A DNA stretch of 64,000 nucleotides from Catajapyx aquilonaris (lineage: Eukaryota). The notes beneath the pieces were generated by a model. It had not been told where the DNA came from. It ran no database searches and worked only from the letters and a program-made list of their open reading frames with translations. Each line of letters starts with the position of its first letter. Positions within the stretch are counted from its first letter, which is position 1. Positions 12,024-26,700 of the stretch are shown piece by piece. The stretch spans positions 1-64,000 of the forward strand of contig JYFJ02002013.1 of assembly GCA_000934665.2 (NCBI GenBank). Reading direction: 5' to 3'. The translations under genes and the position numbers were made by a program.

Positions 12024-15000
12024 TCAATAAAGCATGTGGTTGCGTAAGGGTGTTATTTTTCTAATTTTATCGGTCTTCGATCTTCTCCACCGAATCACTG
12101 GCCGGATGGTGAAAAAGTAGATGAGCTCAAGCACGCTGACAAAGCTGAAGCCGATGAAGAGGCCAACAATACCACCAAAGGACGCTGGAATATCAATCAT
12201 TGTCATAATCATCAACAATAATTCCATGAACGAGAATTATTATATTTACCAATAAAGTCATTTGCTGTGAAGGTTAAGTCTTGCTGGAATATAACTAAGG
12301 TGTCCTCTTTGAAGAACACTCTAAGAGAGACCAAATTGCTTCTGAAAAAGATGGAAATACTGTAATGCATCAACGATGAAAAGTTATATTTTTGTTGCCG
12401 GAGAATAACAGTGAATACGATATATATTTTTACAATATTACTAGAGCAGGGTATTCATATAATACCAGCTTAGGAAGGACATGCACTGGGCTTGGAATTT
12501 TCAGATAATTATTTTTAGGCATAAAAATGAACATGGAATATTTCCTGCAATATGATATTTCTGTAGTTCACTTCTATAGAAATATGATGTGGTAGTCCTG
12601 CTTTTCGCAGTTTTAAATGGCACTAAATAAATTACAAGTATAATGAAAATGTGTATTTATGTAGAAACTCATATCAGAAGTAATAATTACTAAATGATTA
12701 ACTTGAATTGCGTACCTGTCAATACCTTCGGGAATATGCTTAAGGTCTTCTGGAAACCTGGGAAATGTGGCCTCGCTTATCTCGTTATTGTAAGTGTCAA
12801 AGTGGCAGGTGGGAGGGCAGTCGCAAGAAGCCATGGATGTGATGTTTATGAATCCTATTAACTCACTCCTCGGAGTCACAGTTAAAAATTTGGCTGCAAT
12901 GTGAAATTTAAAAAGTGATTATTTTGTCAATGTAATTTTAATTAACGCAAGTTTCAAGTATGAGCCGGTTTCTCGTCCTTGTACTGTAAGGTTGTATCGT
13001 CAATGACGTGCTCCTCCGAAAAGGAGAATGTTACAGGAGAAGTCCATTTTTTTCTAATTTTGATGATTGTGTGTGAAAGGAAATATTGTCAGTAGAAGTT
13101 CCCAGCATTTGGACGAGAAACCGAGCCTTGCTTCTTACTCGTATGGTCGTTGATGCACTGCATTCCTGTGTAATCACAAAGGGTAATCCGTTTAGCTGGA
13201 AATGATACGGTAAAATTTTTATTTCGTTTTATGTATTTTATTTCGTTTTATGTATTTTTATAATCTTTATTTTTATTGAATTTTATATATTAATAATAAT
13301 TAATAATTTTATGATATTATCATAATAATGATTTTATTTTAAAATTGAGACTACTCCGTGATATTAGGTACATTTTTGTAAACCGGCGATATATTCAAGA
13401 ATCATGTACCACAGGTGAGCAAACATTGAATATTGAAATTTGTATATTTAAGTGAACATAATTATATGATACTCACACAATCGATGATACATGTATGGGA
13501 CACAGCCGCATGTTTCTCTCATTGAATCCAAGGCACACTCCATGCGGCAACGGCTGTGGGTATATGCTGGAAAATAATTTAGATTCTTCTCATAACCATA
13601 TCTGCAAACTCGTTTTGATGTTGGAATTTCTTTTATTCGATCCGTGCTTCTAGTGATCGTAGGAGTTACCGCCACGTACACCTCTTTGCCTGATTCCACT
13701 AAAAAGGACTTTGAGGCCACGAATGGAAATTCTTTTGGGCTGTTAACCCTCACCTGCAAAGGGACAAATGTTCTAATAAAATATGTAGTGCAATGATCCC
13801 TGATGGGTTTTGCTGTACCTACACATTGTTGGACATAAATCGAGGCATATTGCTAGCGACATTTTCCGAAGCGGCAGAAGAAGGAATCTTGCAGTATCCT
13901 TATCTTCGATTCCTTCTTCTGCCGCTTCGGAAAATGTCGCTGGCAGTATGCCTCGATTTATGTTCAACACTGTACTGCGATGATTTTGGTTGGAATTTTT
14001 CCTAATTGAGAAAACAGTAAAGCTAAGTTTTTAAGTGTCTGCTCTTTGAAGAAGCGAAAACAGGGGCCTGAAATGCTTGATTTTTTTTGCATTATCAATG
14101 ACCACAGAAGGTTCTAGAAACAGGGCAAAAAATTTAACTTTAATTATTTATCATGACAATGACTGGTTATGACGAATTTGAATCCCATACTGTTTACTAT
14201 TGGATGCAATTATTAATCCACATTTTAATACGTACCGGTACCTCATTGAGGAGTTATCACATTGTTCAACCAGCACTTGTTTCTATTATACGTCAGTTTA
14301 TGTGAACAATATGCAATAAAATTTGGCCATAATCTACATGCTGTAAAAAGGGAGCGTCGCCTTTTATCTATACTATAAGTTATTTATACTAATAATAACA
14401 ACATGCTTCCAACAGACATAACAGTAATATTCTAGTAGACCTCAAAATATATCCTGGAAGGCATTCTCTCGGATTCAAAAGAAAAAGGAGAGAAAAACCC
14501 TAATGTATTTGGTTTAGAGAAATAGTTCAAAACACAGTACCTTGAATCCAATAATGTTATTGGAATATGAGAAGTATTCATCCGCTTCTGGATTTAGCAA
14601 GACCACTAATCCCACGTTTGGTCCCGCTCCTGTTACTCTACGCCTGCAAATAATAAGTGAGTCCAAATCATTACTATGATAATGATAATGATAACGAGAA
14701 ATTTCAAAAATATATTTATAGTGTTCCTGAGTTCTTCCTTTCTGTGTAGGGTGTCACTTATAATGGACAATGCATTAGCAGCCACTCGGAATTAGGTTTT
14801 GAGTAGTTAGAAAAAAATTACAGTGGTATCATGCTGAACTAATAAGTAAGTATTGCAGAACAACTATCATTTTTAGTTTCCTTATCAACAAAATTGACAA
14901 TCTTGATTCTCTTCACTTTCCATAAGAGTGGCAATGGCTTATGTCAATATTACCTCATCTCAAGGGACGTTTTGCCACCATTTCGTGAAAAATATCTATC

Positions 15001-16551
15001 CTTAAAATTTGCGTAATTATTGTGCAGCCCAAAAATGTACTACAATTTGACCCACCAAACATGACAATCGGAGCATTTTTAGCAGGGAAGTGGCGAATAT
15101 TATGCAAGTTTTTGTCGAGCACTCTAGCCTCCAATCCTGTTAGCGTAATTCCCATATTTGACTGCATCTATTTTGAAGCCGATATTTACTTATATAAGTG
15201 TATGAGATGGGGGCCACGGATCGCAAGTACCGTTTATCACAATTATTGTTACATTCATTTTCATACTTTATAAAAAATACCACACAGGTAAAATAAAATA
15301 ATGCCTAATTTCTACATGCGAAACCATGTGTAAAAGTAAGCAGTCGTATGCACAGTAGACCAGTAGTTACCTTGTTCCAGGCCTTCCCGAATTGAATCCC
15401 CAGCAAAATCCTACGTCTGTCACCTTAAGTTCAAAAATATCTGAACAGTTCACAGGTTTGGTTATCCACCAACAAGCAACTGCCATGCGTTCGATTGGCT
15501 GCATCACCTGGAAAAACCGACAAAGTCGCAAGTAAAGTGTCAAGATCAGGAATAAAAAAGTCAATTTTTTTTTTTACTTTTTCCCCCTTACCTTTTTCAT
15601 TAGTACGCTCAGATCTTCACCTGTCAATTCTCCAATTGCTCTTTGGAAATCCTCGTTTGGCACATAATTTGATGGCCACATATTCGTATCCACCTCTCCC
15701 ATTTTGGTAATATTATCCACAATAGCTTCAATAACCTCCGAAGAATATTTGCTCCATCTGAAACAGGAGAGGATTGGATTCGATGATTGTTTCCTTATAA
15801 TCTACACATTATAATGCTACAGACGATTATTCAAAAATAATATATTCACCTCTGCTCTTTCACCAGGGCACGGAACAGCGATTTCATAGCCCTGTTCACA
15901 TTGCATATAGTAATTCCCGGAAAGAATGGTCTCCAAATTGGTTCCGAAACTGACGAGACAGCTGTACTTATTGGAGTTTCCATGTATCTCACAAAAATAG
16001 GACGCAAGTAGTAAGCCGTTCCAACTGTTGCGCCGATGCAAAATATTATCCACAGTATCCTGAAAGTGTCACATGTACACACTCTAGTTACGATTACACT
16101 AGAAACTAGATAGACAGCCGCGACGTGGTAACTATGGAATAAGACACAAAGCGTCACAATTCCTGTCCTTTGGTGGAGACAAAACCACATGCCACCATGT
16201 CCCGACCTCATCTTGCCTTCTTTAATGTGAACAAACGTTATACTTTGATGTTAAATAATTTCAGGTTGCCTACCTTTCAAAAGTAATGTTTGAGTCCCTA
16301 GTAATGTACTTGAGTCCATGTAATGAAGTGTTATCGCAGTATTCCTTGACACATCCGTAAGCAAATGCAGATTTCTTGCTTTTCTTGCTGGTCTGACTCC
16401 ATTGTGGGATGGCCCTTCTATTTAGGGTACTCCATGCTGGTCCCTTCACCCGTGGATGCATCGTCGTAGTCGTTCGTTTCGGTGCCCAGTTATTATCGAA
16501 GGAAGAAGAATCCGTCGTGCCATTATATCGATGAGAATTAATATTATTCAT
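12024..16551 (-). CDS. DEG/ENaC (pickpocket-like) channel copy 3, intact, 10 coding exons
   Basis: MNNINSHRY..NTSLHGLKY; FPGITICN; CWW..GFCWGFN; CRMEC..CGCVPY; ASFGGIVGLFIGFS..RNHMLY*. All nine introns are GT-AG and the frame stays open when spliced by hand. Confidence 0.92.
13824..13972. mobile_element. 149-bp palindromic MITE, intron 5 of copy 3
   Basis: Two arms of about 65 bp with few mismatches around a spacer of about 19 bp; CA..TG termini. Absent from the same intron position in copies 1 and 2. Confidence 0.8.
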
Positions 16552-17538
16552 GTTCCAAATTACATATTACCACAACCTGGAACTAATTAGATGATTACAA
16601 ATGTTGTATTATACAGTATCTATGAATTAGTATAAGTAGTTTACTACTGTGATGAAGTGTACTCAAAGGTCAGCTTACATAATCTATCCAGAATCCAGAT
16701 CAAGTGGTGAAGACTTTTGGAATTGCTTGTAGATGACAGGATAGTGTGGGTCTTCTCCTAAATACATTCGGAGTGTGAATGCAATCCAAATATTGGCGAT
16801 GTTGTGTATCACGTGATATGGCCAGAGTGTCACCCTAATTACCATATCGAAGACACTGCGTATTTTATCAATAAACACTATACGCAACAACACTATGCAG
16901 TCAATCAACTTCCACCAGGTAATTGCGCAAAATAATATCAGTAGGTGCTTGGCATCAACGTGATGCGATGGAACAAGCAAGCGTTCCACACTGCTCACAT
17001 TCTACAAGTATTAGATGAGTGCAATCAATACAATTATGATAATATATTAATACACCTTGGCATTAGGAGTGGGTCATCGCCTGACAATGTCGCATGCAAT
17101 ATCATGGAAATTGTCATTAGTTTCTGCGCCCATATTTCGACTAGGACGTGTATGATGGACACCAATTGCTGAACTTTGTCAAGGCGTGACCCTGACCTGT
17201 CAGTATGTGGGTCCTCCATGTGAGACAAAGCTAACCTATCGACTCACTCAGTCCCATGTACCGAATAATATGAATAACCGGACCTTGTCGTGCTCCAAGT
17301 GCGAAAGACAGCTGATGTAGGCTATTATAATAGAAAGTCTCTGTTGTACACGTACTGTACAGTGACATTTACAGACAATTATGTTAGTCTTAACCGCGAT
17401 GTGATGTCTTATGGGAGCGTATATATGCAATATCAGTTATTTCCGGCTTATGAAGTGGGAAGGAAAATCGGAACCTGCACGTAACCACTTCACATTGTTC
17501 ACATAATATATTGTTGCTTATGTCTTGTCCAGTGCTGT

Positions 17539-20500
17539 TTATGGTAGCATATTGTGACGCAGCAAGGGTGTTATTTTACTAATTGCATCTGTCTTCGATC
17601 TTCTCCATTGAATCACTGGCCGGATAGTGAAAAAGTAGATGAGCTCAACCAAGCTGACAAAGCTGAATCCGATGAAGAGGCCAACAATACCTCCGAAGGA
17701 CGCTGGAACAATAATCTTAGTTGTTACTGTTACCAACGCCAGCATGTACTGTACAAGATTATTTTTTACCAATGAAGTCGTTTGCTGTGAAAGTCAGGTC
17801 TTGCTCGTACACTACAAAATATTCCTCTTTGAAGAACACTTTTAGAAAGACCAAATTGTTTCTGTAAAAAGTTAAATTGAATTAAGAGCAGAAAGGGACG
17901 AGTTGGCTGTAACCGAATGTTGCTTATAAGTTCTTATATCCTGAGTCGACTGTATTCCTCTAATTCACATATATTGAAATATGGCGTTGCATGACTGCTT
18001 TTAGCGGTTTAGAATTATTCAAAAAAATGCGACTTATTGTGGGCATTTGTGTATCAACATGCATCAACAAAATGTTATAACGCAATTAATGACTAATTTC
18101 AATAGCATACCTGTCAACACCTTCCGGAACTTGCTGAAGGTCTTGGGGATACTTGGGAAACGCGGCCTCACTTATCTCGCAACTGTAAGAGTCGAAGTTG
18201 CAGGTAGGAGGGCAGTCGCAAGAATCCATGGATGTGATGTTTATTAATTCACCCCATGCTTTAGTATCAGGAGTGATAGTTAAAAACTTGGCTGCAATGT
18301 AAAGTGAAATAATGACTTTTAAATATACTGTATTAATTATCTACTTGAAAAGTTAACATGGACAGATTTGTCGTCCTAGTAAGTTACTATGAATTGCATA
18401 GCCAACAAAGTGCTTATCGAGGTAGGAAAAGAGGACTAAAGAAGTCTACTGTAATGTCATTTGAATTTCTTTGTGTATGACAGGAGATTAGGTACAAATT
18501 TCCGAAACATTTAGACGAGAAATAACCCAGCCTTGGATCTTACTCGTATGGTTGTTGATGCACTGCATTCCTCTGTAATCGCAAAGAGTCTGATTGGCTG
18601 GAAGTAATACGGAAGATAAGGCATACCAGTATGTATAGAGGTGTAATAATTGTGTGTAATATATTACTGAATACGAAAATAATGAAGTAAAAATAGAAAT
18701 ACTCGCCCAATCCATAATACATGTATGGGACACAACCGCATGTTTCACTCATGGAGGCCAAGGCACATTCCAAGCGGCAATGGCTGCGGGTATATATGTT
18801 GAAATAATTTAGTCTTCTCTCATTGTAATACCTGCAAATTCGCTTCGATGTCGGAGTTTTATTAATGCCCAGTGTACTTCTGGTGCCCGTTGGAGTTACC
18901 GCCACGTACACCTCTTTGCCTGATTCCATTACGAAAGATTTTGAGGCAACGAATGGAAATTCTTTTGGATCATCAATCCTCACCTGCAAGAAAGGCACAA
19001 ACGCTTTACTAAATACAGTATTGCTCATTCAAAAGACGTAGAAGAGAAAAACACTAAAAAGTAAATGTCAGAAAAATAACTAAACAAGCAGCACCCTGAA
19101 TCCATTAATGTTACTGGAATAGGAGAAGTATTCTTCTGCTTCTGGATTCAGCAAGACGACCAATCCCACGTTTGGTCCGGATCCGGTTACAATTTTTCTG
19201 CAAATACGCATGCCAAATATATTGCTATGATAATGAACTGAATTTCACGAAGTTTTTTTTTTAAATAATAAATTATAACAACAGGCATCAATTTACATGC
19301 CGCACACAATTCTTTTTTGTCTCAGTATTTTGGAGAATCCGCAATCAATTTTTTTGCACCTACCTCATGAACAAGTTCATACATGCCTTAAATCAAATTT
19401 AACACCAACGTTGAATCCCCAGCAAAATCCAGAGTCTGTCACGGTAAGTTTGAAAATGTCCGAACAGTTCACAGGCTTGCTTATCCACCAGCAACCCACT
19501 GCCATGCGTTGGATTGGCTGCATCACCTGGAAAACCCGACAAAATCACATCAGATTCAGTAATACCCAGCGCCACTTTCGGAGTATTTTTTTTTTCTCAA
19601 TACGACAGAGTGTTAGTAGCAGCTAATTATTTTAAAATCACCAAGCTGTTCAAAATTATCTGAGAAGGTTAGGAGCAAAAGTACGGTATGTTAATTACTG
19701 CTGATATTGTACAGTACAGTATATTGAGATACGGTGACTCGTACCCTGCATAATAAAATATTTTCTGTTGATCAGTCACTTTTACTTAGCGTATACCTCT
19801 GCCATTAGCTTGGCCAGATCTTCACCAGTCATTTCTCTAATTGCCCTTTCCAAATCTTCTTTTGGCACCCCACTTGATGACGACATGTTCGTATCCACCT
19901 CTCCAGATTTGGCTATACTATCCACAATGACTTCAATAACCTCCGAAGAATATTGGCTCCATCTGAAATAGGGGGTGGTTGGAATGTGTCATTTTGAATT
20001 TTATGGGTGTGACCTTGTATTGTGATCTAATCATATCTGTCTTAATTTAAACCATTATTTAGAATAATTCACCTCGGCATCTGAAGCAGAGAACGGACGC
20101 GTGTTTTCAAGGCCTTGTTCACATTGCATATAGTAATTCCTGGAAATCCAACTCTCCATATTGGTTCCGAAACTGACGCCACTGTTGTAGTTATTGGGGT
20201 ATCCATGTATTTCTTAAAAATAGGATGCAAGTAGTAAGCCGTTCCTAATGTGGCAACGATGCAAAATATTATCCATAGAATTCTGAAAATGGGAGCTTTT
20301 CATTACAACATATCCAGTCGCAATCCAATATCGGTCACCATGGCGTTAGATCCATGGCACAATCCTTGACTCCACCCCGTAAACAAGTTGACTCATCACC
20401 TCGGTAGTAGTTACCATAGCTTTCACGAATGAAGATATCGCAACAAAATTGGAAGTGATCGAATCTCATTATGCGAGAGAGAAAAAAATGACATCACAAA

Positions 20501-21608
20501 ATGTGCTACAAATGGCCAGGCATGTCTGAATGCGACGCTCCATATTTTGGAAGGTCCTGACCAGCATGTCCTGAATTTCTTGGATTATGTTTTCTTTCAA
20601 GGCGTCGATGTTTTGGTATACAGACACCCTTTCAGATAGCCCCATGACTCTATAAGAAGTAATTAGGCGGGGTGAGATCAGGCGTACGCAGTGGCTAAAG
20701 TCACTTCAAAATGAATCGGTCGCCAAAAGTGGACTTAATTTAGGATAAGCTGACCTGTGATGTGTGGCATGTGGACAAAAACAAACCACAATTCATCGAC
20801 ACCTTTAAATAAAACTATTAACTTATTACTATTTAACTTTAAATAAAACACAATCCAAGAAATTCAGGCAGTGCCTCAGGACATACTGGGCCATGACCTT
20901 CCAAAATATGGAGAGTCGCATTCAGGCTCGGCTGGACGCAGTGATGGGGGCCATTTCCACAGCACATTTTGGGATTCCATTTTCTTTTTATATAATGGTC
21001 CTGTTAAAGTTATTAAAGAAATGCCTGATTAAATAAGTAGTGGGACACCCTGTAGTAAACGGGGAAAGTAGCATATGCCCTGGTGGACGCTGTCCGCGCA
21101 GTGACTCATCACCAACGTGCATGAAGTACTACTTTCTTCCTGAGAGTGGCAGGAGTGTGCAGAGGGAGAGCCTATATGAGCCCTATGAGCCAATTGGCAT
21201 TGACCTATCGTATCCTACTGTACTATGTCCAGGGGGGCAAGCAGTGAAGCAGTCTCGCCAAAATTTACCAACGGATCCGCTACTTGTTTCCTATCTTAAA
21301 CTAAATTAATGAAAAGTAGTCTACCTCTCAAAAGTGATGTTTGAGTCCATGGTAATGTACTTGAATCCATGCAATGAAGTATTTTCGCAGTATTCCTTGG
21401 CACACTTGCATGCAAAGTCAGATTTTGAGCTATTTGTGCTGGCCTGACGTGTCTGGGACAAGACCGTTTGACTTAGAGGATTCCATGTTACTTCCTTCTT
21501 CAGTGAAAGCATCGAAGTTGTCCTCTTATGTCGATTACTTCTAGCCCAGTTATCGAATGAAGAAGCATTCGTGGCGTCATGATGTCGATGAGAAAAAAAA
21601 TAATTCAT
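17539..21608 (-). CDS. DEG/ENaC (pickpocket-like) channel copy 4, intact if introns 4 and 6 use GC donors
   Basis: ATG at 21608 (MNYFFSH); same 10 exons, no stops. Donors are AG|GCATGT (19386) and G|GCGAGT (18706). Confidence 0.85.
20480..21052. mobile_element. Tc1/mariner transposase relic: two inverted copies of the 3' end, intron 1 of copy 4
   Basis: Minus strand encodes decayed CHTS..FGDRFI..PLRTPDLTPPNYFL..WGYLKG..LKENIIQEI..TFQNMERRIQTCL. Plus strand 20850-20972 encodes IQEIQAVPQD..TFQNMESRIQARLDA..GGHF. The right end is GGGACACCCTG followed by TA. Confidence 0.8.
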
Positions 21609-22131
21609 GTTCCTCACTCTTTATATTCAAAGCCTGTAACTGGTCGTATATGGTTATAAAGGCCATAATATTATTATACAGTTAATATACGTTAGTATAC
21701 TGCTTATATGACTAATATATATATTGTTGACTTACGTGACGTATGCTGACCTGGTGATGAAGAGTTGCGGTAATGCTTGTGAATATGACATCTAGCAGAG
21801 ATGGTAAATAGGTCTTGCCCTATGTGCATTCGTGCCGGAAATGTAAACACGAAACGAAGACATAGCAACTCCCCCATTGATGATTTGATTTTTTCACTCA
21901 ACGCTATAGTTACCACAGGCATTCCCACCAAGCATCAGTCATAAGGGAATTACATATCTGCAGACACTTAATAATTGAAGTGATGTCGTGTACTATGGAG
22001 CAAATGAGAGCTCAATCAATGAAAATTATAATAAATTCCTCCCCATGGTATTAGGTGGTTCACGGGCTCACAAGGTTAGACGTGCTGTAGGCTACTGTAT
22101 AGTACTCAGTACAGTATAATATAGCTACTTG

Positions 22132-22132
<1 letters not shown>

Positions 22133-22202
<70 letters not shown>

Positions 22203-22576
22203 CAATAATAATAACAACAATAATAATAATTTCTGTAGTGCGGACCTCCTTCTCAAGAGGTATTGCACGGACCTTCATTTATTTATAGACCTTGAGTAGG
22301 CCTACAATGTGTACATACTGGTACCTTTTTGCGAAAGGCCTGGGTCCGCGGGCAGGGTGACTGGGAGGGGATGTGCAAGGTGCAAGAGCAATGTGTCAAA
22401 CGGTACATTTTGTGAACTCCCCCGGGTGGATTAGTATGAGGAGATTCCACCAGAGACGAAGCCAGAGACGACCCAACTCTGCACGAGATGAAGGGGGGAG
22501 ACTCCGGGCTGCGATCGAACCCGGGACCCTTCCATCCGTGGGCGTGTGCGTTACTGCAGCGCCACTCCGTCTCCCC
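22133..22576 (-). mobile_element. tRNA-derived SINE with (ATT)n tail
   Basis: Same head and core; A box TGGCGCTGCAG, B box GGTTCGATCGC; tail appears as (AAT)n at 22133-22230 on the plus strand. Confidence 0.85.
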
Positions 22577-23787
22577 TGTCGCTATACTAGAATATGTTCC
22601 CACGTACCCACGTACTTGACGTAGGCCTACATAAGATGCTGAACTTGCATAGTTTTCACATGAAGTCGAGGATTTTTAAATGATTTATTTTATTGTGCAG
22701 CAATGATTGGTTTGCGTTCTTTCGTTGATGGTAGAATCATAATAATAGGAGTAGTTGACACTCTATCAAGGTTAGCCGTGTAGGCAGAACCATTTTCGGG
22801 AGGAGGGGGGGGGGGGCACTTCATAAGCACTAATTTGGCCGTACTTTACCACGATAAGTCAAATCCCACTACGCTAGAAGTGGAGTGAATATTGATGCCA
22901 GTGATGACCAGAAAACAAAAACACTGAAAACTATGAAAAGGCTACGGACGGCACAGAATAATAAAGCATATACTCTACAGTCTACAGTCTACACAAATGA
23001 TAGGCAATATTAGTATCAGTTACGACATCTGTGCAACCTGCTTCTTGTTCCCTTTTAATCCAGAAATTATTTTATACACAATGAACGCCTCATTTTTAAA
23101 CTATACGTATTTTATCAATAACACTCAACAGCGTTGGATTTCATTTCCATCTTAACATATTACAACAAGTTAAATTAGGTTTTATTAATTTGCGCAACCT
23201 GGAAAACCATACCTGACCACATCGTGGGGCAGTATAAACTGAGGTATAAGCAATACTATAGAACTTATTTTCTTTTGGTTTTTCCGTAGTGAGCAGACCT
23301 ATTTTGTAATTTCAAATAATATATACCGGTAATGTCAGATGAGTTTCATAAGATTCCTGCGTGTATAATATTATATTCAAGTATAGGATTCCTTTCAGTT
23401 CATTATATTTTCAATAAAAAGATTTACATAGTTGACTGAACATAAAGTTAACACATCCATAATAATTTACATATTATAATATATTATACTCGTATACTTG
23501 TATAAGTTACATCATATCGTACACTCATGCCAAAGTGTATCAACTAAAATTTTTGCTATATTCCTATTGATGAGCTACAGGCATCGACAGTATCTTAAAC
23601 CTTCTGGCGAAATTTTAGAACCCGCCTGGAAATAGTTGAGTAGTGATCAGAGTAGAGGAAGCATTTTATTAATTTCTTTGGCAGAGATTTTTCAAAGATG
23701 GAAGAAATCGTTTGTTTTTCAACTTGGTGGATATACGATCATTTTCCAAATAATTATATTGCTTCGAATTATTCTGCAAGTTGATGT

Positions 23788-26700
23788 TCAAGGTAGCATT
23801 CGGTGACGGATGGGAGTTACTTTCCTGACTGCATCGCTCTTCGATTTTCTCCATCTGAGCACTGGCCTAATGGTGAAAAAGTAGATGAGCTCAAGCATGC
23901 TGACAAAGCTGAACCCGATGAACAGGCCAACAATACCACCAACGGACGCTGGAATATCAATCACTGTTATTAATATTCGTTTAGATTCTTTATATACTGT
24001 ACTATAAATTGATCGTTCTGTTCAATTTTACCAATGAAGTCGTTTGCGGTGAATGATACATCTGTTTCGTATATTATGAATGTGTCCTGCTTGAAAAACA
24101 CTCGAAGAAGAACTAAGTTGCTTCTGAAAAATAAAATAGATACTTACAAGTGAGAATATTGAAACCATTCATCACGTTTGAATCGCACGATATCGGCCCT
24201 TCTCACTTTCCTGACAATCACTTATTTATTGTAACACTTTCAACAGCCATAATAATATTTTATAAGATAGAAAATATTGTGGTGATTATAGGGGAATTAT
24301 TATTTTGATGGGTTTACTACTTGTAACAAAAGTGTATGTCTTACTAAACCTTCTGATCTCACCTATCAATATCCTCTGGCACATACTTCAGATCTCCGGG
24401 ATATTTGGGATATGTGGCCTCGCTCGTCTCGTAACCATACGTTGTCATCCAGCATATTGGTCTGCAGTCGCAGGTGCTCATGCCTGGTACGGTTTCATTC
24501 GGATTCATGCTTAAAAACTTGGCTGCAATGAATGTGACCTGTTACATTTTATATCGTGAAAATAATAAAACCAAATAAGATTGCAGCTTCCAGTATCACA
24601 AAATTTCAGTTCCAACGTGCTCTACTGGAGTAGCCCCATGTAGTTGCGGTTAAATATTCATTATTTTATGGGAATAAGTCAGTTATCGGTACATTGTAAT
24701 AATATAGATTGTATACATGTGTGTGAGGGGTCTGATATTTTTAAAAAACTGTCAAGTCTTGTAGGGGGTGTAACACAAATACGTGCAGCAGTATTTTAAT
24801 GTCATTGGGTATTAATATTGCACATTTGCGTATGAATCGGAAATGCAGCAACATATGGACGTCAGAAGTTTCAGGATTGTATATGCCAGTGACACGTAAG
24901 TAGGCCTAATTATCAGTTTTTGCTCATTTTACGACCAGTTTTTCCAAGTGGACTTGGCTGTTTTTATATGCGTAGCACTTCGCGAGGTTCCCTTGTCAGA
25001 CCCCTCGTATGTGGAACAAAATCAACAAGTAAGATACTTACTCACATATTTGTTGATGCATTGTATTCCTGTATAATTGCAGAGAGTTTGATTGTCTGGA
25101 AGTACAAAATGACTTGAAGGAAATACTTGATAGTGATTATGTTACCATTATTATTTTAACCTAGAGCCAAGGCAATTCAATGACACAGTAATACCACGTA
25201 AGAGCTTCAATATAATAATCGCATTATTGGAGATAAATAAAATATTGAATGTGCCTATTAAAATTGACAATCATTTGAGAAACTCACGTAGATGCGAATA
25301 CATGTAAGGAACACAGCCACAAGTAGCTCTCATTGAGATCACTGCACACTCCAAACGACAGCGGCTGTAGGTGTAACTCGGAAAATAAGTCATTTGTCTC
25401 TCCTTGGCGTGCAGGCAAACACGATTTGATGCAGGTAAGTCATCAATTCTCTTTGTGCTCTTAACTACCCTTGGAGTTACAGCCACATAAACTTCCTTTC
25501 CCGATCCCACAATAAATGACTTCGTGGCAATGTATGGAAATGATCGTGGAGAGGTGACCCTCACCTGCAACAAGGTAACAGTTGCAATCATTGACATCCT
25601 TTTATTGTAATTTGTCATGCTTTTCTTTGCTACCACCATAGCCCTTAATTAAACTATAGCTCTTAATATCTAATCTTATAAGATACTCTTATATATTATA
25701 TTCCCCAAGAGCACATTATTGAACCACAGAAGATTAAGGCCCATGTAACAGCATACCCTGAATCCCTGTATATTATTGGAATATGCATAATATTCATCCA
25801 CATCAGGGTTCAGCAGGACAGCTAACCCGAAGTGTGGTCCAGCTCCACTTACTGTCTTTACGTCACCACGTCTGTAATAAAGAAACTATGCAAATAACAA
25901 TATATAATAATGTGTACTGCAAGTTTACAGAGTACTTGCCTGAATGATGCTTTAGAGTTGAACACCCAGCAAAATCCTGCATCTGTTGTCGTAAAGTTAA
26001 AAATCTCGGTACAGTTTACTGGTTGGCTTAGCCACCAGCATTTTATAGCCATGCGTTCGATTGGCTGCATGACCTATAAAATTGAACAAAAGTCTCAAAT
26101 TATGAGGTGGCAAGGACAATAACGTGTGAAACCAGCCCTGTAGACATGATACTACAAGATTATTTCGTTCTCCATAATTGAGAAATGAAACAAAACTACG
26201 CACTTTTAAAATAATTTTAGCATTCAGTAGATTCTGTGCATAATATTCGAGTTGATTTATGGAGATAATGAAACGAGGTAGCTTAAGTATTTATTTTCCA
26301 TACACTTAACATGCAAAGCCTTGCGTACTTGTCAAGTCACTGACAAATGTTATGTCGGTTTTGGACTCAGATAAATGGTTTAAGGCCGCGGTTTCACCAA
26401 ACTCAGTATATTATAAATCCGAGTGTCTTTTCGAAAAATCCTCAGTTTTCATTATTGACAACAGTGGTTGCTATTGCAATTCTTGTTATAACCGATGTTC
26501 TAAGAAGAAGTTATTATATTGTCAGTGAGCTAGGTGAAACAGGTCCTTAGACATATGTACCAACTATCGTGTTATTCAGGAAGCAAAATTTCCTTCTTGA
26601 AGCTCTTTTTTTTTGTTTCTTACGTCTTGCATCAATTTGGACAGATTTTGACCCGATAGCCCTCCAATCGCCCTCTCGAAAGCGTCATGTTGGACATTAT

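Noticed and set aside
22060..22278. Poly-Ile, poly-Asn and poly-His ORFs (also at 9558, 48635, 57177)
   Set aside because: Trinucleotide microsatellites and SINE tails.
23669..23854. ORF MEKIEERCSQES.. repeated at 29275-29463
   Set aside because: Alternative frame over the end of exon 10 and the 3' UTR; repeated only because of the 5/6 duplication.
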